A program made the translations under genes and the position numbers. A model generated the notes under the pieces. The model saw only the letters and a program-made list of their open reading frames with translations. It did no database searches and was not told the origin of the DNA. Positions 20,222-29,335 of a stretch of 64,000 nt of DNA are shown piece after piece. The stretch is from an uncultured Spirochaetota bacterium (GTDB taxonomy: Bacteria > Spirochaetota > Brevinematia > Brevinematales > JAOACQ01), in contig CAWIGG010000002.1 of NCBI GenBank assembly GCA_963835575.1, forward strand, positions 1,792,001 to 1,856,000, in the 5' to 3' direction. Position 1 is the stretch's first letter. Every line of letters starts with the position of its first letter.

Positions 20222-20367
20222 ATATTACTCCTGTGAAAAACCTACTCTCGGCGCAAATTTTTCTCTCAGGTGTTTCCTGCGAGAGAGGTTTCCGATATCC
20301 AGAGGGGTTTCTGAATGTATGCCTGATCGGAAGCGGCTGCTGATTATGCAGGACCCGCCGGACTTTT

Positions 20368-20520
20368 CTATCTGCGGCCGAAAAGTAACCAAATAATAAT
20401 CAAAATAATCGCAATAACCAGTAAAACATGGATGCCGCCGCCCAGAGTATAAGACGTAATCAAACCTAACAGCCACAACACAAAAAGAATCAGACCGGCA
20501 GCCAACAGTAAATTAGCCAT
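20368..20520 (-). CDS. lmo0937-family small membrane protein (50 aa, absent from the ORF track)
   Basis: MANLLLAAGLILFVLWLLGLITSYTLGGGIHVLLVIAIILIIIWLLFGRR; RBS AGGAGG 5 nt upstream. Confidence 0.85.
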   Translation of the reverse strand: MANLLLAAGLILFVLWLLGLITSYTLGGGIHVLLVIAIILIIIWLLFGRR

Positions 20521-20880
20521 TTTTTCCTCCTATTATTGATTTTAAAAACAGGCATGCATTCCAGTGCCCGTAAGCGGCTTTTATTTTTTCATGCATATAA
20601 AGTTAGGACAAAGGTCTATAATTTCAAATCCGTTGCCGGAATTCCGCAAGAATAAAAATCCATGAATTTCATATACTTTTTTTCGGCCCTATGGGACTAT
20701 CCGTCGATTCGGACTGCTTGTTAAACTTAAACTGAACAATTTATTTTAAATTTATCTAAAGCGTATATATTTTCAAACTTCCACCCCGGCCGGAGCCTGT
20801 CCTGAGAACAACGAAGGACGCGGGGTGGAAATTTGACTATTATTAAGCTTATGCTAAAAAATCGCTCAATTTAAGTTAAA

Positions 20881-23673
20881 TTACTTTACTGTCATATTAA
20901 AAACCCAATCCCAATCCGTGGGGGGCGGATTCTTCTTAAAGATGACGCAGCGGATATAAAACACTCCGCTTGGCCCATCTTTGAATTTCTCAACATTTTC
21001 ATTAAATATGGCCCGCGCTTCATCCCATTTTTTTTCACGGTAGAGTTTAAGGCCTTTTTCAAAGTTCTCTTTTATCGCGATGGCTTTCTTATTTATCTTG
21101 CTCTTTTCCCCGAGAATTTCATATATTTTAATCGGTTCTTTTTTCCCCTTTACCGTCATTAAATCAATTTCCCTGCATAGATATATATTGTGTGCCTGAT
21201 TATAGACGCTTTCCGTTATTAAAGATTTTGTTTTGTACTCTTTATTTGCCCCTTCCAGTCTTGCCGCAATATTAACAGTATCTCCAATGCAGGTAAAGTC
21301 CATCCTTTCCCTCGCGCCCATACTTCCGAATATAGCCTGGCCGGAGTTAATGCCGATCCCTATGTCAATAAACGGCGCATTGTTCGCGATGTTTTTTTCC
21401 TTTTCCGCCTGCATGGCTTTCTGGATTTCGAGGCTCGCCTTGCAGGCATTCAATTCTTTGTCTGGACCGTCAAAAACAGCCATCACTTCATCGCCCACAA
21501 ATTTATCAATATCGCCTTTATTTTCTAGTATGATTTGTGTCTGCAAATCCAGATAATAATTTAAAATTGATACAACTTCGTTTGGACTTTTACCCTCGCT
21601 CAAGGTTGTAAACCCCCGTATGTCCGTAAAAACGAATGCCAGGTCCTTTATTGTGGATGTTTTTCCCTTTTTTTCAGAATACTGGAGCGTTGAAGCGGAA
21701 ATATAGGGAATAATGCCCTTGATCACCGTCACCATTTTGTTTATCTCAATGGAAAGTGTTTTGATTTCATCTCGAGTATGAATCATATCTTCATACTGCA
21801 GATTGGATGCCTTGATTTCTTCACTGCCTTTAATCATATTAGATAAGGTAGAGCTGATTTTTCTGGTATTCATCTGCAGGAATAAAATTGGAAAAACAAT
21901 ATTAGTACCAATAATGTACACTAAAATGACAGCCAGATAAATGATCATTATTGCGAATATTAAAATCCGGAACTGGGTTTGGCGATAAGTTTTAAATATC
22001 TCATCCTGCTTATATTGAACAATGGAATATCCCAATTTCTTTTGTCCCATTAAAATCGGGGCAATGATATCGTAATTCTTCGTCTGGCTGTTATACTGAT
22101 TAGTGACTTCATCAATTGTGTAGTAATCCCTTTTCAATTCTTTACCCGCAAGCTTGTTATCCGTTGACATATAGACAAAAGATCTATCATATGACTTAAC
22201 ATTTCTATACCAGGAGATGGAATCAAAAGCCAGGGTTGCCCCCTTGTTTTTTGCCGCCTGTCTTTTAAAATAGGTGTCGACCTCAATGTTGAGCATTTTT
22301 CTTTCTCTTGCGCTGTCTTTCAGATTTCCCAGTATAAAACCGGCGCTTTGTTCGGCAAGAACTGTTCCCGTCGCAATTACTGAATCTACAATGGTCTTTT
22401 TGAATTGACTCAAGAGCAGCGAACTAAGTGATAATATTATGACCAGATTGGTGATAATAAATACCAATAACAGCTTTTGTAAAATTCCAAGCCGCCCCAG
22501 CTTTTGCTGCAGTTTTATTTGCTGCATTGCACCGCTGGATTTTGACAGCGCGACATAACTTTTGTAGGATGAACTGAGATATCGATAATTATTGATGATA
22601 TTGATCAGCTGTATAATACTATACACGATAGATGATATAATAATTATCACGGTAAAAAGATCTAATGAAAATAAATCACTTATTTCAGTACTTCTTTTTA
22701 AAATAATTAATATTAAGAAAAGAAGCGTCAGCCCGGAAAAGATGAAATTGATAATAAAAGACAGATAAAGATTTGGACTGAAAACTCCGGGATATTTCTC
22801 TTTTAAAAATACAGAGACGATTTTAAATAATAATACGGCGGGGGTTAAATAGAGTAAAAATGAAAGCAGGAAAAGCCAGAAATAGGGCACACCCACACTA
22901 TTCTTAAAGCTGTCAAAATTCGCGGTAATCTTTATTAATTCAATTTTGAAACCCGTGCTGACAATAAATAAGGGCGCCATCAGCCAGTAAAGGACCGCCG
23001 TGAAGAATACAATATCAATAATTATAAATATTCTATTCCATTTTATTTCCTTATTAGTGATAATAAAAACCGATAACAGCTTTTCTAAAATTCCAGGCCG
23101 CCCCGGCTTTTGCTTCGGGTTTATTTGCTGCATTGCATCGCCGGATTTTGACTGCGCGGCATGACTTTGTTTTGAAGGAATGAGATATCGAATATTATTG
23201 ATGATATTGATTAGCTGGATAATACTATACACGATAGATGATATAATAATTATCACGGTAAAAAGATCTAATGAAAATAAATCACTTATTTCAGTACTTC
23301 TTTTTAAAATAATCAATATTATGAAAAGAAGCGTCAGCCCGGAAAAGATGAAATTGATAATAAAAGACAGATAAAGATTTGGACTGAAAACTCCGGGATA
23401 TTTCCCTTTCAAAAATAGAGAGGCGATTTTAAATAATAATACGGCGGGAGTTAAATAGAGTAAAAATGAAAGCAGGAAAAGCCAGAAATAGGGCACACCC
23501 ACACTATTCTTAAAGCTGTCAAAATTCGCGGTAATTTTTATTAATTCAATTTTGAAACCCGTGCCGGCAATAAATAAGGGCGCCATCAGCCAGTAAAGGA
23601 CCGCCGTGAAGAATACAATATCAATAATTAGAAATAACCAGTTCCATTTTTTTTCATTCATATCCTGCTCCAA
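20881..23673 (-). CDS. Class III adenylate cyclase with a tandemly duplicated N-terminal membrane region, HAMP-like linker and C-terminal TPR
   Basis: 'FTDIRGFT', 'DKFVGDEVM' (Lys for ATP specificity), 'DFTCIGDTVNIAARLE'; 606-bp internal duplication. Confidence 0.9.
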   Translation of the reverse strand: MEQDMNEKKWNWLFLIIDIVFFTAVLYWLMAPLFIAGTGFKIELIKITANFDSFKNSVGVPYFWLFLLSFLLYLTPAVLLFKIASLFLKGKYPGVFSPNLYLSFIINFIFSGLTLLFIILIILKRSTEISDLFSLDLFTVIIIISSIVYSIIQLINIINNIRYLIPSKQSHAAQSKSGDAMQQINPKQKPGRPGILEKLLSVFIITNKEIKWNRIFIIIDIVFFTAVLYWLMAPLFIVSTGFKIELIKITANFDSFKNSVGVPYFWLFLLSFLLYLTPAVLLFKIVSVFLKEKYPGVFSPNLYLSFIINFIFSGLTLLFLILIILKRSTEISDLFSLDLFTVIIIISSIVYSIIQLINIINNYRYLSSSYKSYVALSKSSGAMQQIKLQQKLGRLGILQKLLLVFIITNLVIILSLSSLLLSQFKKTIVDSVIATGTVLAEQSAGFILGNLKDSARERKMLNIEVDTYFKRQAAKNKGATLAFDSISWYRNVKSYDRSFVYMSTDNKLAGKELKRDYYTIDEVTNQYNSQTKNYDIIAPILMGQKKLGYSIVQYKQDEIFKTYRQTQFRILIFAIMIIYLAVILVYIIGTNIVFPILFLQMNTRKISSTLSNMIKGSEEIKASNLQYEDMIHTRDEIKTLSIEINKMVTVIKGIIPYISASTLQYSEKKGKTSTIKDLAFVFTDIRGFTTLSEGKSPNEVVSILNYYLDLQTQIILENKGDIDKFVGDEVMAVFDGPDKELNACKASLEIQKAMQAEKEKNIANNAPFIDIGIGINSGQAIFGSMGARERMDFTCIGDTVNIAARLEGANKEYKTKSLITESVYNQAHNIYLCREIDLMTVKGKKEPIKIYEILGEKSKINKKAIAIKENFEKGLKLYREKKWDEARAIFNENVEKFKDGPSGVFYIRCVIFKKNPPPTDWDWVFNMTVK

Positions 23674-24942
23674 TTAATATAATTCCAATATTTTCAACTC
23701 GGATTTTGCTTTTTTCAGGTAATTCCCGGCATCTTTGTAATTGGGAGATACTGTCAATGTATTTTGAAATTCCTTAACGGCGTACGAATAATTTCCGCTG
23801 ACAAAATCAGTTACGCCGTCATTATAAACAATATCTAAGAGCGCTATCACTTTGGCTTTTCTATTATCCAACTCTTTGATGTTGTCTTTAACTTTGGTCA
23901 ATGTTTTTATGAAATTGATTTTTTGATAAGCTAATGCGATTTCCTTCTGATCTATCAAGTCATCAATTTCAGAAATCCAGCTGCTGAAAGAACCCGCGAC
24001 ATCAACCTTATTTTTTCTATTCTGAATTTTAGCCTGCAAAACCTGGGCTTCATTGGTTTTTTTAAATGTTAACGCCAGATCAATTTTTTCATATGCCAGG
24101 TCGAATCGATTTGAATCATACAATTTTTTAGACCAGTCAAAATAGAAATTGAACTGAAGGTCTTTTAAAACAGCGTCATATTTACGGTTCACACAGAGAT
24201 TATATTTATTTAATATTTTAAACCTGATTTCCGCATCATGGTTTTTATTTTTTTCTATTAGATTTTTGGTTTCTGAAATAATGAAATCCATATCGCCGGA
24301 TAGAATATTCGCAAAATCGGACCTTTTTGCCGTGAGATTGTTTTCCTGAGATGAGCCCAATAAAAGCGCTTTATTAAATTTTTCTATAATGGGAACAACA
24401 GCGTTTCCCTGAATAATTTTGTTTGCAAGCTTTTCTATCAATTTGAGCTCTGCATCGCCGTAAGAAAGCATTTTTCCGGCCAGTTCTTCCCTGATATCTT
24501 TTGTTTTAACTCGGAGGGTGATGACTTCATTATTGGTAGGATCGATTTGATATACTTTCTGCAATGTTATGCAGAGGTTATAATTATCATCATCCGTCCT
24601 TCTCTTTTTTTTAGCCAGGTTATTTTTCACGATTTTAATGTTCTTTGCAATAGCGTTACTGACATAATTTGCCGTTTTTTGTAAATAAATACCGGCGTCT
24701 TGATTTTTCGGGTCTAATTTTAATGATTCCTGCAGAATATTTTTTATATTCGGAACAAATGTTATATCGTCCTTTTCAATCATGATATTGTATAAGAGGA
24801 TCCCTTTATCACTGAGTAATACAGATTTTTCCTTATCGCTAAAGTTATTTATTATTAGGTTTTCTCCTTTTGTGTTGCCTGCCGCGCAGCCGTTAAAAAA
24901 ATACAAACCAATAACAATAAAAAACACTATAAAATTATTCAT
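23674..24942 (-). CDS. TPR-containing lipoprotein, cotranscribed with the cyclase
   Basis: Start MNNFIVFF after a purine-rich RBS; lipobox FNGC; TPR-like 'YNDGV..F..GNY..AV.EF...L...PNY.DA'. Confidence 0.7.
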   Translation of the reverse strand: MNNFIVFFIVIGLYFFNGCAAGNTKGENLIINNFSDKEKSVLLSDKGILLYNIMIEKDDITFVPNIKNILQESLKLDPKNQDAGIYLQKTANYVSNAIAKNIKIVKNNLAKKKRRTDDDNYNLCITLQKVYQIDPTNNEVITLRVKTKDIREELAGKMLSYGDAELKLIEKLANKIIQGNAVVPIIEKFNKALLLGSSQENNLTAKRSDFANILSGDMDFIISETKNLIEKNKNHDAEIRFKILNKYNLCVNRKYDAVLKDLQFNFYFDWSKKLYDSNRFDLAYEKIDLALTFKKTNEAQVLQAKIQNRKNKVDVAGSFSSWISEIDDLIDQKEIALAYQKINFIKTLTKVKDNIKELDNRKAKVIALLDIVYNDGVTDFVSGNYSYAVKEFQNTLTVSPNYKDAGNYLKKAKSELKILELY

Positions 24943-25156
24943 TTTACCACCTTCAATATATGAACTTTCAAAATAACTACTATTATATAGTTTAGTTAAT
25001 TTTCGAAGCTTTGACAAATTAAAATAACTTTTTTTTCCGATTCTTGATGAGGACCTTAGATAGTAATCAAAGCTGTGCCATTGACTCAAAAAATCATTCA
25101 CTCCCCGCGGATGCGGGGAATGAATAGGAAATACCGCTACTACCGGAGAAACCGCA

Positions 25157-25360
25157 TTAAGAACCTAATTTGTATTTCGCCTTAACCTTTTTTTCCGCGT
25201 TCAGCCAATCGGTCATTTCATTACCGGGAGACCCTTTTTTGTTTCTTTCAAGATAAAAATCGTAGGCCTTCTTTTCAATCTCGCCCAGAAATTCCTTCAA
25301 TTCCGGTCTTGCCGATTTTTTTGCCGCTTCCGGCTTACCCGCTGTCTTTTTCATTTCCAT
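25157..25360 (-). CDS. Small DUF2934-like protein, copy 2
   Basis: About 90% identical to 16219-16422, inside a ~520-bp diverged direct repeat. Confidence 0.75.
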   Translation of the reverse strand: MEMKKTAGKPEAAKKSARPELKEFLGEIEKKAYDFYLERNKKGSPGNEMTDWLNAEKKVKAKYKLGS

Positions 25361-25575
25361 GTCATTCCTCCTAATTTATTTTTATTAAATTTATAATTAT
25401 ATACTTTATATAATGGACAGTTGTAAAAAAGGTTCTTTAAAATTATCCGGTCTTAATGGAAATAGACTATGCACTTGCGGATTCTCTGCAATGCGTAAAG
25501 AGAAAACGGAATTTAATTGAACTAAAAACAAAAACCGTTTGTATTGTAGAGAGGTTAACATAAACTTACAAATTA

Positions 25576-25604
25576 AGTATACTTATTATAATGTTAGAAG
25601 TCAA
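25576..25604 (-). promoter_or_regulatory. Sigma70 promoter, copy 2
   Basis: TTGACT-17 nt-TATACT at the position homologous to 16637-16665. Confidence 0.7.
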
Positions 25605-25768
25605 TAGCAGCTTAAAATAGCCATTATCAGGTTAAACAGACATTATTTTTGACCGGATACAACAGATCCCGGCTTATATTTTTGCAAAGATTATGAATAA
25701 AGCTTAAAATTACCCTGAATATTTTTTTGGATACAACTATTTAGAAGGATCGATACTGGAGTTGAAAA

Positions 25769-26242
25769 ATGAAACCGGAAAACTCGATGCAGATACTCCT
25801 GGATGCCGACGCTGCGCCGGCCGCCGTCAAGGAGATCCTTTTCAAGGCGGCTCAGCGGATTCGGGTGCCTCTGATCCTGTTCGCGAATATGCCCCTGAAA
25901 ATACCCGCTTCCGGATTGATATCCATGGTCACTGTTCCTGAGGGTCCTGATGAAGCGGACCATGAAATAGCGCGGACAGTGGAAAAAGGCGACCTGGTCA
26001 TTACGAATGACATTCCTCTCGCCGACCGGGTCATCAGCAAAGGCGCTCAAGCGATCAACTTCCGCGGGGAACTCTACACAGCTGACAACATTAAGCAGTA
26101 CCTTGTCATGCGGGATCTCATGGAAAACCTGCGGAACATTGATATACGGACTGGCGGGCCGGCGCCGTTCAGCCAGAAAGACCGCCGGAACTTCGCCAAC
26201 CAGCTTGACGGCTATCTGACAAAGTACCTTAAAAAAGAATAG
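25769..26242 (+). CDS. YaiI/YqxD family protein (UPF0178)
   Basis: 'ILLDADA.P', 'DEADHEI', 'GDLVITNDIPLA', 'GGPAPFSQKDR'. Confidence 0.9.
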   Translation: MKPENSMQILLDADAAPAAVKEILFKAAQRIRVPLILFANMPLKIPASGLISMVTVPEGPDEADHEIARTVEKGDLVITNDIPLADRVISKGAQAINFRGELYTADNIKQYLVMRDLMENLRNIDIRTGGPAPFSQKDRRNFANQLDGYLTKYLKKE

Positions 26243-26343
26243 AAGTGAGTTCCCTGGATTTTACAAAAGGAAAATGTTTAATTAGTTCACATCTTTCCGG
26301 AAATGCTGTATAATAATAATCATTTATTTTTGTGGAGGCCTTT

Positions 26344-26445
26344 ATGGGCGAAAAGAACAAAGGATCGAAAGAAACAAAGAAGAAACCCCTGAAAACCCTG
26401 AAGGAAAAAAGAAAAGAAAAACAGGCGAAAAAAGCAGAGAGATAA
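26344..26445 (+). CDS. 33-aa Lys-rich small protein (absent from the ORF track)
   Basis: MGEKNKGSKETKKKPLKTLKEKRKEKQAKKAER; RBS GGAGG and an upstream TATAAT. Confidence 0.65.
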   Translation: MGEKNKGSKETKKKPLKTLKEKRKEKQAKKAER

Positions 26446-26499
26446 ATCCGGTTTCACAGTAATACTGGAAATTTAATCAGCGCTTTTTATTTCTAACTT

Positions 26500-26620
26500 T
26501 TATTTCGCGCCCTTTTCAATGAGCAGCTTTGTTATCTCAGTTTGATTTTTCTCCGTAGTAACCATCAAAGCAGTTTTGCCGTTCTTATCCTTCACGTTAA
26601 GTTACACACCCTTTTTCATG
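26500..26620 (-). pseudogene. Ankyrin-repeat gene remnant
   Basis: KGV*LNVKDKNGKTALMVTTEKNQTEITKLLIEKGAK*: one ankyrin repeat with an internal stop. Confidence 0.65.
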
Positions 26621-26789
26621 TGCCGGCTTTTTTTCATACTTCCAAAAATAGCCGCAGAATTTCACGCAATAACACTGAGTATTTATATGTTATTGAGTAA
26701 GAAAATGTTTTTTAAGGTTTAAAAATTTTAATACTTTATTTCTGTGAACTTCTGTGCAATTCTGTGCAATTCTGTGGCAAATTATCCTT

Positions 26790-27854
26790 TCACGCGTCCA
26801 GCGATTTGAGCATTTCTTCCTGCTCGTTCATGATGCACGCGTTGATCAACTCATTGCAGTCGCCGTTCATGATCATATCGAGCTTGTAGAGAGTGAGATT
26901 GATGCGGTGGTCCGTCAGCCGGTTCTGAGGAAAATTATAGGTGCGGATCTTTTCCGAACGGTCGCCGGTGCGGATTGAATTCCGCCGTAGCGCCGTGTCA
27001 TTATCAACTTTCTTCTGAAGCTCCAGGTCGAGCAGCTTCGAGCGGAGGATCCTCATGGCACTGGCCCTGTTCTGGATCTGGGACCTCTCTTCCTGACATG
27101 CTACGACAACACCCGAAGGCATATGCGTGATGCGAATGGCGGATTCCGTTTTGTTGACATACTGCCCGCCGGCGCCGCCCGCGCGGTAAGTGTCTATCTT
27201 CAAATCCGCCGGGTCTATCTTGACATCCACCTCGTCCGCTTCCGGCAGGACCACAACCGAGGCCGTGGATGTATGGATGCGGCCGCCGGCTTCAGTTTCC
27301 GGTATGCGCTGGACGCGGTGCACGCCGCTTTCGAACTTCATATGCCCGTAAACGTCCTTGCCTTTTATTGAAAACACGATTTCCTTATACCCGCCGAGGC
27401 CTGTGTCGTTAAAATCCAGGACCTCGTATTTCCACCGCTTGAGCTCCGAATAACGGGTGTACATCCGGAAGAGGTCGCCGGCGAAAAGCGCGGCCTCGTC
27501 GCCGCCGGTCCCGGCGCGTATTTCAACGATGATGTTCTTCGATTCCATCTCGTCCTTCGGCAGGAGCATGGCAAGGATTTCCTTTTCCAGGACCGTTTTT
27601 CTCTGGGCGAGCTTTTCATTATCTTCCTTCGCCATTTTTTTTATCTCGTCGTCCTCATTGGAATTAAGCATTTCATGGTTATTCGCGATTTCCTTTTCGA
27701 TTTTTTCTATCTCATTGTATTTCTCGACAAAAGGGGCAAGCTCGGCCCGGTCCTTGGCCAGCTTGATGAATTCAGGGCCCGTCGGCTGCATGGATGAAAG
27801 TTTTACACCCATATCATCATACTTTTTGACAAGGGCCACCGCTTTTGGATGCAT
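26790..27854 (-). CDS. prfA: Peptide chain release factor 1
   Basis: GGQ motif, RF1-type PxT ('PET'), 'ESGVHRVQR', 'IRTYNFPQNRLTDHR'. Confidence 0.97.
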   Translation of the reverse strand: MHPKAVALVKKYDDMGVKLSSMQPTGPEFIKLAKDRAELAPFVEKYNEIEKIEKEIANNHEMLNSNEDDEIKKMAKEDNEKLAQRKTVLEKEILAMLLPKDEMESKNIIVEIRAGTGGDEAALFAGDLFRMYTRYSELKRWKYEVLDFNDTGLGGYKEIVFSIKGKDVYGHMKFESGVHRVQRIPETEAGGRIHTSTASVVVLPEADEVDVKIDPADLKIDTYRAGGAGGQYVNKTESAIRITHMPSGVVVACQEERSQIQNRASAMRILRSKLLDLELQKKVDNDTALRRNSIRTGDRSEKIRTYNFPQNRLTDHRINLTLYKLDMIMNGDCNELINACIMNEQEEMLKSLDA

Positions 27855-28099
27855 GGATCGCTCCTCTCATTAATCGTCGATGAATATTATATCAAATATT
27901 TAAAAAAATGGAAAGGGAATGAATCTTCGGAATGCTCGGCAGGGCCCGACCCGGTCTTGAATATTCCTGACGCTGAGACGGCTGCCGTAATTATTTCCCT
28001 GTCAGTTTTTGATATTTTTCCGGCGGCGGGGTAGAATTAACACCGGCAGTCCGGAACAGAAAACCGGCTGATTCAATATGAAATTTCAAGGAAAATACC

Positions 28100-28444
28100 A
28101 TGTCCGTCATTCAGATTTTCGGCTCGAAAAAGTGCCGCGACACACAGAAAGCCGAACGTTTCTTCAAGGAACGCGGAATAAAATACCAGTTCATCGACCT
28201 GGCGGAAAAAGGGATGTCTCCCGGAGAACTGGATTCCGTCCGTTCCGTTATTCCCCTGGAAAAACTCATCAACCTGGAATCAAAGGAATTCTCCAGGCTG
28301 AACCTGGCTTTTATGAAGTTTGACATCCTCGAAAAACTGCTGGAATACCCGCTTTTGCTGAATACACCCGTTGTCCGCCGCGGTAAATCCGCGGCATGCG
28401 GATTTGATCCGGCAGGATGGGAAAAAATTGCGGAACTCGATTGA
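28100..28444 (+). CDS. ArsC/Spx-family protein
   Basis: 'IQIFGSKKCRDTQKAERFFKER', 'PLLLNTPVVR'. Confidence 0.85.
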   Translation: MSVIQIFGSKKCRDTQKAERFFKERGIKYQFIDLAEKGMSPGELDSVRSVIPLEKLINLESKEFSRLNLAFMKFDILEKLLEYPLLLNTPVVRRGKSAACGFDPAGWEKIAELD

Positions 28445-28469
28445 AAAGAAAATAACTATTCCAAATCTC

Positions 28470-28542
28470 TGGAGATGAGGGGATTTGAACCCCCGGCCCC
28501 TGCATTGCGAACGCAGTGCTCTCCCAGCTGAGCTACATCCCC
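28470..28542 (-). tRNA. tRNA-Ala(CGC), CCA not encoded
   Basis: GGGGATGTAGCTCAGCTGGGAGAGC..., anticodon arm CTGCG-TTCGCAA-TGCAG, T-loop GGTTCAAATCC, G3:U70 pair. Confidence 0.95.
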
Positions 28543-28639
28543 GGGTCAGTCAACAGTTGAAAGTTAATAGTCGGAAACCGACAGCAGGAATATGATAAGT
28601 ATTTTCTCATCATTTGTCGACTTTTTTAAGGTATTACTT

Positions 28640-29278
28640 TCAGGTTTTTCTCCAGAAATAGATCACGACTACCGCGAACGGGATCAAAAAAACCAGATCG
28701 CCCAGAAGATATTGATGCGACACAACAGCCATAAAGGTCAGCCAGACAAGGATGTTTGTAATGACCAGCAATTCGCAGACATGGATATTTTCGCGGAATT
28801 CATATTGGAACAGCTTCTGTTCTGCCGTTTTATTATTTTGAATAATATCAAATTCCTTTTTATCAATACCTCTAATGGAACGCGGTATATAATGAAATAT
28901 CGTCCTGTACCATGGACTTCTTTTTCTATACAGCATAGCTTTTTCATCCATCGTATTGATTACCGTGTTTCTTTTATATCCCATCTGTTTTTCCAGTTCA
29001 TCCATCCTTTCAAACTGGAGGCTCTGCACGCTCCTCCAGCGTTTGACAAACCGGAGCCAGACCATGGAGATGATGATGGAAAAAAAAGCGGCCAGTACCG
29101 CCGCAAGCGAATAATTGGAGGAGGCCAGGTCGCTTCTCGCGGCCACCGCGATAAAACCGACGGCTGAACCGATGCCGAAAATGCCTGCCGTCGTCCAGAT
29201 ATTCGTTTCCAGTTTATTGGCATGATCGAAGCAGATCCGGTATTCGCTGTGGAGCTGATCGAATTTCTGTTTATTCAT
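28640..29278 (-). CDS. Hypothetical multi-pass membrane protein
   Basis: RBS AAGGGG before MNKQ; two pairs of hydrophobic segments. Confidence 0.65.
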   Translation of the reverse strand: MNKQKFDQLHSEYRICFDHANKLETNIWTTAGIFGIGSAVGFIAVAARSDLASSNYSLAAVLAAFFSIIISMVWLRFVKRWRSVQSLQFERMDELEKQMGYKRNTVINTMDEKAMLYRKRSPWYRTIFHYIPRSIRGIDKKEFDIIQNNKTAEQKLFQYEFRENIHVCELLVITNILVWLTFMAVVSHQYLLGDLVFLIPFAVVVIYFWRKT

Positions 29279-29335
29279 AATTTCCCCTTTTATATACATC
29301 AATTAATAATATATTATCGTTATAAAGTTACCGGA

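Noticed and set aside
28592..29167. 191-aa plus-strand ORF
   Set aside because: It is antisense to a better-supported membrane protein gene with an RBS and has no recognisable features.
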